DNA of 46,150 bases, from IMG/VR virus record IMGVR_UViG_2695420763_000017, positions 1 to 46,150 of that record. One strand, given 5' to 3'. Position 1 is the stretch's first letter, and each line of letters begins with the position of its first letter. The notes beneath the pieces are model-generated. The model made no database searches. It was given only the letters and a program-made list of their open reading frames with translations, and was not told the origin of the DNA. The position numbers and the translations under genes are program-made. Below are positions 8,509 to 17,742 of the stretch, one piece after another. This DNA comes from a virus. Its lineage: Duplodnaviria > Heunggongvirae > Uroviricota > Caudoviricetes.

Positions 8509-10238
8509 GCCGGAAATCTTACCCCAACGTAAATGCTGCAAATCAGTATGCCCGGGATGTCGTGCGCGGAAAGATTGTTGCCTGCCAGTTTGTGATTCAG
8601 GCCTGCCAGCGCCATCTTGATGACCTGATGGCGGAAAAAAGTAAGTCGTTTCGTTACCGCTTCGACAAGGACCTGGCTGAACGGGCCGCGAAATTTATTC
8701 AGCTGTTGCCGCACACCAAGGGGGAGTGGGCATTCAAACGGATGCCCATCACGCTGGAGCCGTGGCAGCTCTTTGTGATCTGCTGTGCGTTTGGCTGGGT
8801 CAATAAAGGCACCCGGTTGCGCCGCTTCCGGGAGGTGTACACCGAAATCCCCCGTAAGAACGGCAAATCAGCAATCTCTGCCGGTGTTGCCCTGTATTGT
8901 TTTGCCTGTGATAACGAGTTTGGCGCGGAAGTGTATTCCGGTGCCACGACAGAGAAACAGGCGTGGGAAGTCTTTCGCCCGGCGCGACTGATGTGTAAAC
9001 GCACACCCATGCTGACGGAAGCGTTCGGGATTGAGGTTAACGCCTCAAACATGAACCGTCCGGAGGATGGCGCGCGGTTTGAACCGCTGATCGGCAACCC
9101 AGGTGATGGTTCATCACCCCACTGTGCCGTGGTTGATGAATATCACGAGCATGCCACCGATGCGCTTTATACCACAATGCTTACCGGGATGGGGGCGCGA
9201 CGTCAGCCACTGATGTGGGCCATCACCACCGCCGGGTACAACATTGAGGGGCCGTGCTACGACAAGCGGCGGGAAGTCATCGAGATGCTCAACGGCTCGG
9301 TGCCTAACGATGAACTGTTCGGGATCATCTATACCGTTGATGAAGGTGACGACTGGACTGACCCGCAGGTGCTGGAAAAAGCCAATCCAAATATTGGCGT
9401 GTCGGTTTATCGCGAATTTTTGTTAAGTCAGCAGCAGCGTGCGAAAAATAACGCCCGTCTGGCAAACGTCTTTAAAACAAAACACCTCAATATCTGGGTG
9501 TCGGCGCGTTCGGCGTATTTCAACCTGGTGAGCTGGCAGAGCTGCGAGGATAAATCACTGACCCTTGAGCAGTTCGAGGGGCAGCCGTGCATTCTGGCCT
9601 TTGACCTGGCTCGTAAGCTGGATATGAACAGCATGGCGCGACTTTATACCCGCGAGATTGACGGTAAAACGCATTACTACAGTGTGGCCCCGCGCTTCTG
9701 GGTACCGTATGACACGGTGTACAGCGTCGAGAAAAATGAAGATAGACGGACAGCCGAACGCTTTCAGAAATGGGTGGAAATGGGCGTCCTGACCGTTACC
9801 GATGGTGCAGAGGTGGATTATCGCTACATCCTCGAGGAGGCCAAAGCGGCGAACAAAATCAGCCCGGTCAGTGAGTCACCCATCGACCCCTTCGGGGCGA
9901 CCGGGCTGTCACATGACCTTGCTGATGAAGATCTGAATCCCGTCACTATCGTCCAGAACTTCGCCAATATGTCCGATCCGATGAAAGAGCTGGAAGCAGC
10001 GATTGAATCGGGACGCTTTCATCATGACGGCAATCCCATCATGACCTGGTGTATCGGCAATGTGGTCGGCAAAAACATGCCAGGTAACGATGATTTAGTG
10101 AAGCCCGTCAAGGAGCAGGCGGAAAACAAAATCGATGGTGCGGTTGCACTGATTATGACGATCGGTCGGGCAATGCTCAAAGAACCTGACGATTTCCTCT
10201 CATCTCTTGATCCGGACGATGATCTCTTAATTCTATGA
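8505..10238 (+). CDS. terminase large subunit
   Basis: 577 aa; ATPase-like N-terminal half (KNGKSAIS Walker A-like) and nuclease-like C-terminal half; conserved position. Confidence 0.95.
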   Translation: MSRKSYPNVNAANQYARDVVRGKIVACQFVIQACQRHLDDLMAEKSKSFRYRFDKDLAERAAKFIQLLPHTKGEWAFKRMPITLEPWQLFVICCAFGWVNKGTRLRRFREVYTEIPRKNGKSAISAGVALYCFACDNEFGAEVYSGATTEKQAWEVFRPARLMCKRTPMLTEAFGIEVNASNMNRPEDGARFEPLIGNPGDGSSPHCAVVDEYHEHATDALYTTMLTGMGARRQPLMWAITTAGYNIEGPCYDKRREVIEMLNGSVPNDELFGIIYTVDEGDDWTDPQVLEKANPNIGVSVYREFLLSQQQRAKNNARLANVFKTKHLNIWVSARSAYFNLVSWQSCEDKSLTLEQFEGQPCILAFDLARKLDMNSMARLYTREIDGKTHYYSVAPRFWVPYDTVYSVEKNEDRRTAERFQKWVEMGVLTVTDGAEVDYRYILEEAKAANKISPVSESPIDPFGATGLSHDLADEDLNPVTIVQNFANMSDPMKELEAAIESGRFHHDGNPIMTWCIGNVVGKNMPGNDDLVKPVKEQAENKIDGAVALIMTIGRAMLKEPDDFLSSLDPDDDLLIL

Positions 10239-10396
10239 AATCACTAATTGCTGATGTTATCGGGCTGGCTGGTTTTGGCCTGCTTACGTGCGGGGTTTAC
10301 CTGCAGTTTGGTATGGCTCCGGCTCTGATTTTGTCCGGTGCTTTACTGCTGGTGGGCGCACTGGCTATGGCCAGAAGGGGGACGCGTGCTGCTTGA
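10235..10396 (+). CDS. small membrane protein (53 aa)
   Basis: ATG 10235 overlaps the TerL stop; [53 protein letters not shown] gives two hydrophobic helices; below the ORF-track length cutoff. Confidence 0.3.
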   Translation: MKSLIADVIGLAGFGLLTCGVYLQFGMAPALILSGALLLVGALAMARRGTRAA

Positions 10397-11612
10397 TGCT
10401 CTGTTCAGAAGTAAATCACTGGAGAATCCTTCCACCCCGATAACCGGTGATGCCGTTGATACTGATGGGCTGTTCCGGGCAGACGTTTATGTCAGTCCTG
10501 AGACTGCGATGAAACTGGCTGCGGTGTATTCCTGTATCTATGTCCTGTCTTCCAGCCTTGCCCAGATGCCGTTGCATGTTATGCGCAGGCACAAGGGGAA
10601 GGTTGAACCCGCACGCGATCATCCGGCGTTTTATCTGGTTCATGATGAGCCCAATACCTGGCAAACCAGCTACAAATGGCGCGAACTGAAGCAACGTCAC
10701 ATCCTTGGCTGGGGGAATGGGTATACCTGGGTGAAACGTAATCGTCGCGGTGAAGTTATATCCCTGGATTGCTGTATGCCGTGGGAAACGACGCTGATGA
10801 ATACTGGTGGCCGATATACCTACGGTTTGTACAACGAATATGGGGCGTTTGCGATCAGTCCGGACGATATGATCCACATCCGTGCGCTGGGTAATAATCA
10901 GAAGATGGGGCTGAGTCCGATTATGCAACATGCCGAAACAATAGGCATGGGGATGAGCGGTCAGAAGTACACAGAAAGCTTCTTCAGCGGTAATGCCCGT
11001 CCGGCGGGGATAGTATCCGTTAAAAGCGGACTCAATAAGGAAAGCTGGGGCTGGCTTAAAGATCAGTGGCAGAAGGCATCGCAGGCGTTACGCCGCCAGG
11101 AAAACAAAACCATGCTGCTGCCAGCCGATCTGGATTACAAGGCACTGACTGTGTCGCCAGTTGACGCTCAGATCATTGACATGATGAAGCTGAACCGTTC
11201 AATGATCGCCGGTATTTTCAATATTCCTGCGCACATGATTAATGACCTCGAAAAAGCCACCTTCTCCAATATTTCTGCGCAGGCGATTCAGTTTGTCCGC
11301 TACACGATGATGCCGTGGGTGACGAACTGGGAGCAGGAGCTTAACCGTCGCTTGTTTACCCGCGCTGAGTTAGCCGCCGGGTATTACGTCAGGTTCAATC
11401 TGACGGGGCTTTTACGCGGAACTCCGCAGGAGCGCGCGCAATTCTATCACTTCGCTATTACCGATGGATGGATGAGCCGTAATGAGGCCCGCGCATTCGA
11501 GGATATGAATCCGGTTGAAGGGCTGGACGAGATGCTGGTAAGCGTGAATGCTGCTAACCTGGCAGGAGATTTTAAGCCCCCAAAAAACGATGAGGGAAAA
11601 ACCAATGAATGA
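10386..11612 (+). CDS. portal protein (HK97-type)
   Basis: About 410 aa following TerL; start ambiguous (GTG 10386 with GGGGGA RBS, or upstream 10338). Confidence 0.9.
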   Translation: MLLDALFRSKSLENPSTPITGDAVDTDGLFRADVYVSPETAMKLAAVYSCIYVLSSSLAQMPLHVMRRHKGKVEPARDHPAFYLVHDEPNTWQTSYKWRELKQRHILGWGNGYTWVKRNRRGEVISLDCCMPWETTLMNTGGRYTYGLYNEYGAFAISPDDMIHIRALGNNQKMGLSPIMQHAETIGMGMSGQKYTESFFSGNARPAGIVSVKSGLNKESWGWLKDQWQKASQALRRQENKTMLLPADLDYKALTVSPVDAQIIDMMKLNRSMIAGIFNIPAHMINDLEKATFSNISAQAIQFVRYTMMPWVTNWEQELNRRLFTRAELAAGYYVRFNLTGLLRGTPQERAQFYHFAITDGWMSRNEARAFEDMNPVEGLDEMLVSVNAANLAGDFKPPKNDEGKTNE

Positions 11613-12207
11613 CCGTGAAATCCGTTGTTACAGCGGTGAGGTGCGTGCTGAGAGGCATGACGATAACCCGGCGCACATTATCGGTTATGGATCGGTGTTT
11701 GACTGTCGTTCTGAGCTGATATTCGGTTCATTCCGCGAAATCATCCGGCCCGGCGCTTTTGACGATGTGCTTGGTGATGATGTACGCGCACTGTTTAACC
11801 ACGATCCTAATTTTATTCTTGGGCGTAGTGCAGCAGGCACGCTGAATCTTTCAGTTGATGAGCGCGGATTACGCTATGACATCCAGGCTCCGGAGACACA
11901 GACCATTCGTGATCTGGTGCTGGCCCCGATGCAACGTGGAGATATTAACCAGTCATCTTTCGCTTTCCGTGTCGCCCGTGACGGTGAGGAGTGGTATCAG
12001 GATGAGGACGGGGTTGTTATTCGCGAGATAACCCGCTTTTCCCGTCTGCTGGATGTCAGTCCTGTGACATATCCTGCCTATCAGGAGGCTGACTCGGCTG
12101 TTCGCTCCATGAAAGCATGGCAGGAGGCGCGCAACAGCGGCGCGCTACAGAAAGCCATTAATCAACGTATGGCGCGTGAACGCGTCCTGACCCTTCTTAA
12201 CGCGTAA
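11605..12207 (+). CDS. prohead protease (HK97-type, S78-like)
   Basis: GAGGG RBS then ATG 11605 overlapping the portal stop; position between portal and capsid. Confidence 0.85.
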   Translation: MNDREIRCYSGEVRAERHDDNPAHIIGYGSVFDCRSELIFGSFREIIRPGAFDDVLGDDVRALFNHDPNFILGRSAAGTLNLSVDERGLRYDIQAPETQTIRDLVLAPMQRGDINQSSFAFRVARDGEEWYQDEDGVVIREITRFSRLLDVSPVTYPAYQEADSAVRSMKAWQEARNSGALQKAINQRMARERVLTLLNA

Positions 12208-12217
12208 AGGAAACATC

Positions 12218-13447
12218 ATGAAACTGCATGAACTGAAACAGAAACGTAATACTATCGCAACTGACATGCGCGCCCTGAATGAAAAAATTGGTGATAACGC
12301 ATGGACGGAAGAGCAGCGCACTGAGTGGAACAAAGCAAAATCCGAACTGGAAGCGCTTGATGAACGAATTGCACGCGAAGAAGAACTGCGTCGTCAGGAT
12401 CAGGCGTACATTGAAAGCAATGAGGAAGAGCAGCGTCAGAATCTTGATCCGGAAAACAATTCGCAACAGGATGAGAAACGAGCTCAGGTTTTTGATAAGT
12501 GGATGCGTCACGGTGCCAGTGAGCTGACATCAGAAGAGCGAAAGGCGTTGCGTGAACTTCGTGCCCAGGGTGTAGCTCAGGATGAAAAGGGCGGATATAC
12601 CGTACCAGAAACATTCCTGGCGAAAGTTGTTGAGAAGATGAAATCCTACGGTGGCATCGCCAGTGTGGCGCAGATTCTGACCACTTCTGACGGTCGCACC
12701 ATGGAGTGGGCAACAGCTGATGGTACTTCCGAAGTTGGTGTTCTGCTGGGCGAAAATGAAGAAGCCGGTGAAGAAGACACCGATTTCGGTATGGGAAGTC
12801 TTGGGGCGCTCAAAATGACATCGAAAATCATTCGTGTGTCTAATGAGTTGCTGCAGGACAGCGCGATCGATATGGAAGCTTATCTTGCCCGTCGCATTGC
12901 TGAACGTATTGGTCGTGGTGAAGCCCGTTATCTGATTCAGGGGACTGGTGCTGGTACGCCTAAACAACCCAAAGGGCTGGCAGCATCAGTGACCGGCACA
13001 ACACAGACTGCCGCGGCAAATGCGGTGAAGTGGCAGGAAATTCTGGCTCTGAAACACAGCATTGATCCTGCATATCGTCGCGGACCGAAATTCCGCCTGG
13101 CATTTAACGATAATACGCTGAAACTGATCAGTGAGATGGAAGACGGTCAGGGACGCCCTTTATGGTTGCCGGATATTGTTGGTGTGGCACCTGCTTCAGT
13201 GTTGAATGTACCTTATGTCATTGATCAGGAAATTGATGATATCGGGGCGGGTAAAAAATTCATGTTCTGTGGTGACTTTGATCGCTTCATTATCCGTCGT
13301 GTGCGATACATGATTCTTAAACGTCTGGTTGAGCGTTACGCGGAATATGATCAGACCGGTTTTCTGGCCTTCCATCGTTTTGACTGTATCCTGGAAGACA
13401 CCTCTGCCATTAAAGCGCTGGTGGGGAAAGGTAGCGTTGGTGGTTGA
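12218..13447 (+). CDS. major capsid protein (HK97 fold)
   Basis: 409 aa with coiled-coil-rich N-terminal delta-domain-like region; follows the protease. Confidence 0.9.
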   Translation: MKLHELKQKRNTIATDMRALNEKIGDNAWTEEQRTEWNKAKSELEALDERIAREEELRRQDQAYIESNEEEQRQNLDPENNSQQDEKRAQVFDKWMRHGASELTSEERKALRELRAQGVAQDEKGGYTVPETFLAKVVEKMKSYGGIASVAQILTTSDGRTMEWATADGTSEVGVLLGENEEAGEEDTDFGMGSLGALKMTSKIIRVSNELLQDSAIDMEAYLARRIAERIGRGEARYLIQGTGAGTPKQPKGLAASVTGTTQTAAANAVKWQEILALKHSIDPAYRRGPKFRLAFNDNTLKLISEMEDGQGRPLWLPDIVGVAPASVLNVPYVIDQEIDDIGAGKKFMFCGDFDRFIIRRVRYMILKRLVERYAEYDQTGFLAFHRFDCILEDTSAIKALVGKGSVGG

Positions 13448-13473
13448 TTAGTCTTTTTACGTAATACAGCACG

Positions 13474-13493
13474 CCGCGTAATGCGGTTTTTTT
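13474..13493 (+). terminator. weak intrinsic terminator after the capsid gene
   Basis: CCGC-GTAAT-GCGG short stem followed by TTTTTTT. Confidence 0.4.
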
Positions 13494-13525
13494 GTGCCCG
13501 CGTTCTGGCGGGCACAGGAGGTTTT

Positions 13526-13849
13526 ATGCTGTTAAAAATGGAAGAGATTAAGCTTCAGCTTCGTCTGGATGATGATTTCTCTGATGAAGATGAGTTGCTT
13601 GAACTACTTGGGAAGGCCGCTCAGAGTCGGACGGAAAACTTCCTTAACCGTACGTTGTATGCAACCGCAGATGACAGGCCTGCGGATGATCCTGATGGGC
13701 TTGTGATATCTGATGATGTGAAGCTGGCGCTCCTGCTACTTGTCAGCCATTTCTACGAAAACCGCTCAACGGTTACAGACGTTGAGAAAATGGAGTTGCC
13801 AATGAGCTTTAACTGGTTGGTTGCTCCTTATCGCCTTATACCACTATGA
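13526..13849 (+). CDS. head-tail connector (gp6-like)
   Basis: AGGAGG RBS then ATG 13526; about 107 aa, acidic; conserved position. Confidence 0.75.
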   Translation: MLLKMEEIKLQLRLDDDFSDEDELLELLGKAAQSRTENFLNRTLYATADDRPADDPDGLVISDDVKLALLLLVSHFYENRSTVTDVEKMELPMSFNWLVAPYRLIPL

Positions 13850-14256
13850 AAATTCGTCAGGCGCAGACCAGCGCAACCTACATTCTGCCTGACCCAGGCG
13901 AGCTGAATAAACGCGTCCTGATCCGCCAGCGGGTGGATATGCCCGCGGATAACTTTGGCGTGGAGCCTCAATACCCGGTTGTGTTCCGGGCATGGGCGAA
14001 GGTTATCCAGACCAGTGCCACCACCTGGCAGGAAACAGCGCAGATCGGAGATGCCATCACCCATTACATCACCATTCGCTACCGCCGGGGGATCACTGCT
14101 GATTATGAGGTGGTCTGTGATGACAGTGTGTACCGGGTGAAACGTCAGCGTGATCTGAACGGGGCGCGGCGCTTTCTGCTGCTGGAGTGTACGGAACTGG
14201 GTGCCGAAGAACAAATGGGAGGACGCAGTGGAGCAGACAGCATTTTTACACGTTGA
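13846..14256 (+). CDS. head closure / head-tail adaptor protein
   Basis: 136 aa, start overlaps upstream stop; conserved position in HK97-like head modules. Confidence 0.7.
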   Translation: MKIRQAQTSATYILPDPGELNKRVLIRQRVDMPADNFGVEPQYPVVFRAWAKVIQTSATTWQETAQIGDAITHYITIRYRRGITADYEVVCDDSVYRVKRQRDLNGARRFLLLECTELGAEEQMGGRSGADSIFTR

Positions 14257-14752
14257 TTTCAAACAACCGGAGGAGATGGAGTTTAATCGTGCCAGGCTCC
14301 GAAAGGCATTTGTTCAAATCGGGCGTGTCTATATGCGTGATGCCCGGCGGCTGGTGATGCGGCGTGGTCGGTCTGCTCCAGGTGAAAACCCCGGCTATCA
14401 GACCGGACGACTTGCGCGTTCTATAGGTTATTACGTCCCCCGTAAAAGCTCCCGTCGTTCTGGCCTGATGGTCAGGATTTCCCCTAACCAGAAAAACGGG
14501 CAGGGTAACCGGCGTTTTCCTGAAGGTTCTGCGTATTATCCGGCGTTTCTGTATTACGGTGTGCGTTATGCCGCATACGGGATGAGCAAAAAGGATAAGC
14601 GCCAGAAAAAGCAGCATTCATCCCGCTGGCGGCTGGCACCACGTAATAACTTTATGGCTGATGTCATCGACCAGCGTCGTTACTGGACACAAAAGTTACT
14701 GTCCCGTGAGTTACAGCGGTCATTACGTCCTGTAAGAAGGAAAAAAACATGA
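14201..14752 (+). CDS. HK97 gp10-like neck/tail-joining protein
   Basis: Basic about 180-aa product; start uncertain (ATG 14201 or ATG 14276). Confidence 0.6.
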   Translation: MPKNKWEDAVEQTAFLHVDFKQPEEMEFNRARLRKAFVQIGRVYMRDARRLVMRRGRSAPGENPGYQTGRLARSIGYYVPRKSSRRSGLMVRISPNQKNGQGNRRFPEGSAYYPAFLYYGVRYAAYGMSKKDKRQKKQHSSRWRLAPRNNFMADVIDQRRYWTQKLLSRELQRSLRPVRRKKT

Positions 14753-15309
14753 AACTGACGCCTGTTATTGCTGCGCTGCGTGCCCGCTGCCCGTATTTTG
14801 AAAACCGGGTGGCAGGCGCGGCCCAGTTCAAAAATCTGCCGGAGGTCGGAAAGCTGAAACTCCCGGCGGCATATGTGGTACCGGGGGATGATTCTCCGGG
14901 AGAAAACAAAAGCCAGACCGACTACTGGCAGGAGCTGAAAGAGGGCTTCTCCGTGGTTGTCATACTGAGTAACGGGCGTGATGAGCGCGGTCAGTTTGCC
15001 TCGTATGATGTGGTGGACGATGTCCGGCAGATGCTCTTTAAGGCCCTGCTGGGCTGGAACCCGGAAGCGTGCGGTAACCCGATTACCTATGACGGCGGCA
15101 CGCTGCTGGATCTGAATCGTCATGAGCTGATTTATCAGTTCGATTTTTCGGTCATCAGCGAGCTGACCGAAGACGATACCCGCCAGCAGGATGAGCTGAA
15201 CAGTCTGGATGAACTGCGAACGCTGGCGATTGATGTTGATTATCTCGATCCCGGTAACGGGCCTGACGGCGATATCGAACATCACACCGAAATAACCCTT
15301 CCTTCCTGA
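14749..15309 (+). CDS. virion structural protein (tail completion/terminator-like)
   Basis: 186 aa, start overlaps upstream stop; precedes the sheath gene. Confidence 0.65.
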   Translation: MKLTPVIAALRARCPYFENRVAGAAQFKNLPEVGKLKLPAAYVVPGDDSPGENKSQTDYWQELKEGFSVVVILSNGRDERGQFASYDVVDDVRQMLFKALLGWNPEACGNPITYDGGTLLDLNRHELIYQFDFSVISELTEDDTRQQDELNSLDELRTLAIDVDYLDPGNGPDGDIEHHTEITLPS

Positions 15310-15317
15310 GAATCTTC

Positions 15318-15488
15318 ATGTTTGTGAAACCTGTTAAAGGGCGGTCAGTGCCTGACCCTGCCCGCGGTGACCTTTTGCCCACCGAAGGGCGAAATGTTGA
15401 CGAGAACAACTACTGGCTGCGCCGTGAAGCAGCGGGTGATATCCGGCGCGTGAATAAAAAGGTGAACACCGATGACGATAAGCTTTAA
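15318..15488 (+). CDS. small protein preceding the sheath gene (56 aa)
   Basis: ATG 15318 to TAA 15486-15488 read by hand; overlaps the sheath start; below the ORF-track cutoff. Confidence 0.3.
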   Translation: MFVKPVKGRSVPDPARGDLLPTEGRNVDENNYWLRREAAGDIRRVNKKVNTDDDKL

Positions 15489-16968
15489 CACCATTCCGTC
15501 GAATACGCTGGTTCCGCTGTTTTATGCGGAAATGGATAACCAGGCGGCGAATACTGCACAGGACAGCGGGGCATCGTTGCTGATTGGTCACGCCAATAAC
15601 GGTGCAGAGATTGTTGCCAACAGTCTGGTGCTGATGCCGTCGGCAGACTATGCACGCCAGATTTGTGGTGCGGGAAGTCAGCTGGCGCGTATGGTCGAGG
15701 CTTATCGCCAGACCGACCCGTTTGGCGAGCTGTATGTGATTGCCGTTCCGGAAGCCACAGGCGCGGCGGCAACGGTTACGCTGACGGTGACCGGGGCGGC
15801 AACCGAAACCGGCACGGTGAATGTTTATGTGGGACGTACCCGCGTGCAGGCACCGGTGACCAACGGCGATAACGTCGCGACGATTGCCAGCAGTATCAAA
15901 GATGCCATTAATGCCGTTCCGGCCCTGCCGTTTACGGCCTCATCTTCGGCAGGCGTGGTCACGCTGACCGCGCGTCATAAGGGGCTTTGCGGGAATGAAA
16001 TTCCTGTCAGCCTCAATTACTACGGCTTTGGTGGGGGCGAAGTGCTGCCAGCGGGCGTACAGATTGCCGTGGCGACGGGGAGCGCCGGAACGGGCGCTCC
16101 GGTTCTCACCGGTGCGGTGGCTGCAATGGCGGATGAGCCGTTTGATTATATTGGCCTGCCGTTCAACGACACGGCCTCCGTTAACACGCTGGTGACCGAG
16201 ATGAACGATACCAGCGGTCGCTGGAGCTATGCGCGTCAGCTGTATGGTCATGTGTATACGGCAAAGACCGGTACGCTGTCAGAACTGGTGACCGCAGGTG
16301 ACCAGTTTAACCAGCAGCACATTACCCTGGCGGGGTACGAAAAAGAGACCCAGACGCCTGCCGACGAGCTGGCGGCAAGCCGTACCGCCCGCGCAGCGGT
16401 GTTTATCCGCAACGATCCGGCACGTCCCACGCAGACCGGTGAGCTGGTGGGTATGCTGCCTGCGCCGAAGGGGAAACGGTTCACGATGACCGAACAACAG
16501 ACCCTGCTGTCTCATGGCGTGGCAACGGCGTATGTCGAAAGCGGGGTACTGCGCATTCAGCGTGATGTCACCACGTACAGGAAAAACGCTTACGGGGTTG
16601 CGGATAACAGCTACCTCGACAGTGAGACGCTGCATACCAGCGCGTATGTACTGCGCAAACTGAAATCCGTCATTACCAGTAAGTACGGGCGTCACAAGCT
16701 TGCCAGTGACGGTACCCGCTTTGGTCCCGGTCAGGCGATTGTCACTCCGGCGGTGATCAAAGGGGAACTGCTGGCAACCTACCGTCAGCTTGAGCGTGCG
16801 GGGATCGTGGAAAACTACGAACTGTTTAAGCAGTACCTGGTTGTGGAGCGTGATGCCAGCGATCCGAACCGCCTGAACACGCTGTTCCCGCCTGACTATG
16901 TTAACCAGTTGCGTGTTTTTGCCGTGGTTAACCAGTTCCGTCTTCAGTATTCAGAGGAGTCTGCATAA
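15472..16968 (+). CDS. contractile tail sheath protein (Mu gpL-like)
   Basis: 498 aa; followed by tube, chaperone and tape measure genes in canonical order. Confidence 0.9.
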   Translation: MTISFNTIPSNTLVPLFYAEMDNQAANTAQDSGASLLIGHANNGAEIVANSLVLMPSADYARQICGAGSQLARMVEAYRQTDPFGELYVIAVPEATGAAATVTLTVTGAATETGTVNVYVGRTRVQAPVTNGDNVATIASSIKDAINAVPALPFTASSSAGVVTLTARHKGLCGNEIPVSLNYYGFGGGEVLPAGVQIAVATGSAGTGAPVLTGAVAAMADEPFDYIGLPFNDTASVNTLVTEMNDTSGRWSYARQLYGHVYTAKTGTLSELVTAGDQFNQQHITLAGYEKETQTPADELAASRTARAAVFIRNDPARPTQTGELVGMLPAPKGKRFTMTEQQTLLSHGVATAYVESGVLRIQRDVTTYRKNAYGVADNSYLDSETLHTSAYVLRKLKSVITSKYGRHKLASDGTRFGPGQAIVTPAVIKGELLATYRQLERAGIVENYELFKQYLVVERDASDPNRLNTLFPPDYVNQLRVFAVVNQFRLQYSEESA

Positions 16969-17324
16969 TGGCCCGTATCGGGGGAACCTGTTATTTCAAA
17001 ATTGACGGTCAGCAGCTATCGCTGACCGGCGGCATTGAGGTGCCCATGAACAGGACGGTCAATGATGACATCATCGGCCTGGACGGTTCAGTGGACCGCA
17101 AGGAAACTCACCGTGCGCCTTATGTCAAAGGGACCTTCAAGGTGCCGAAGAATTTTCCGGTGAGCAAAATCACCTCGTCTGATGAGATGACCATCACTGC
17201 CGAGCTGGCGAACGGTCAGGTCTATGTATTGTCGTCCGCCTGGCTGCACGGAGAAGCGAACCATAATGCCGAAGAAGGCACGGTTGATCTTGAGTTCCAC
17301 GGTGAAGAAGGGGATTACCAGTAA
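16968..17324 (+). CDS. tail tube protein (Mu gpM-like)
   Basis: 118 aa; GAGGAG RBS; ATG overlaps the sheath stop. Confidence 0.85.
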   Translation: MARIGGTCYFKIDGQQLSLTGGIEVPMNRTVNDDIIGLDGSVDRKETHRAPYVKGTFKVPKNFPVSKITSSDEMTITAELANGQVYVLSSAWLHGEANHNAEEGTVDLEFHGEEGDYQ

Positions 17325-17593
17325 TGAAAGAGCTTGAGTTAAAGAAACCGATTATCGCTCATGGTGAGACACTCTCCGTACTGGAGTTTGATGAACCCAC
17401 CGGGAAGGATGTCCGCGAGCTGGGGTATCCCTACCAGATGAATCAGGATGAGTCCGTCAGACTTCTGGCGCATGTGGTGTCGAAATACATTGTGCGGCTG
17501 GCGAAAGTGCCGCAAAGCTCTGTCGACCAGATGTCTCCGGCAGACCTGAATGCAGCGGCGTGGCTTGTGGCTGGTTTTTTCCTCCAGGCCTGA
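17324..17593 (+). CDS. tail assembly chaperone (G-like), zero-frame product
   Basis: 89 aa directly upstream of the tape measure gene; contains the slippery site T_TTT_TTC near its 3' end. Confidence 0.75.
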   Translation: MKELELKKPIIAHGETLSVLEFDEPTGKDVRELGYPYQMNQDESVRLLAHVVSKYIVRLAKVPQSSVDQMSPADLNAAAWLVAGFFLQA

Positions 17594-17742
17594 CGGCTGA
17601 ATACCTCACTGATCGCTTCTTTGACTGCGCCAGCTACTGGCGCATTAATCCCTTCGAATTGCTGAATATGCCGATCAGTGAAATTCCCTTGCTGGTCAGT
17701 CAGGCAAACAGGATAGAGCAGGAGAAACGCACACATGGCTGA
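17575..17742 (+). other. -1 programmed frameshift site and extension (GT-like fusion chaperone)
   Basis: Heptamer T TTT TTC at 17575-17581 in the zero frame; the -1 frame stays open to 17742 and overlaps the tape measure start. Confidence 0.55.

Noticed and set aside
10416-16695. Numerous minus-strand ORFs of 60 to 200 aa inside the structural gene block (for example 10416-10931, 12252-12713, 14680-15285, 16279-16695)
   Set aside because: They lie antisense within long, well-supported plus-strand genes, lack RBS and have biased composition typical of shadow ORFs.
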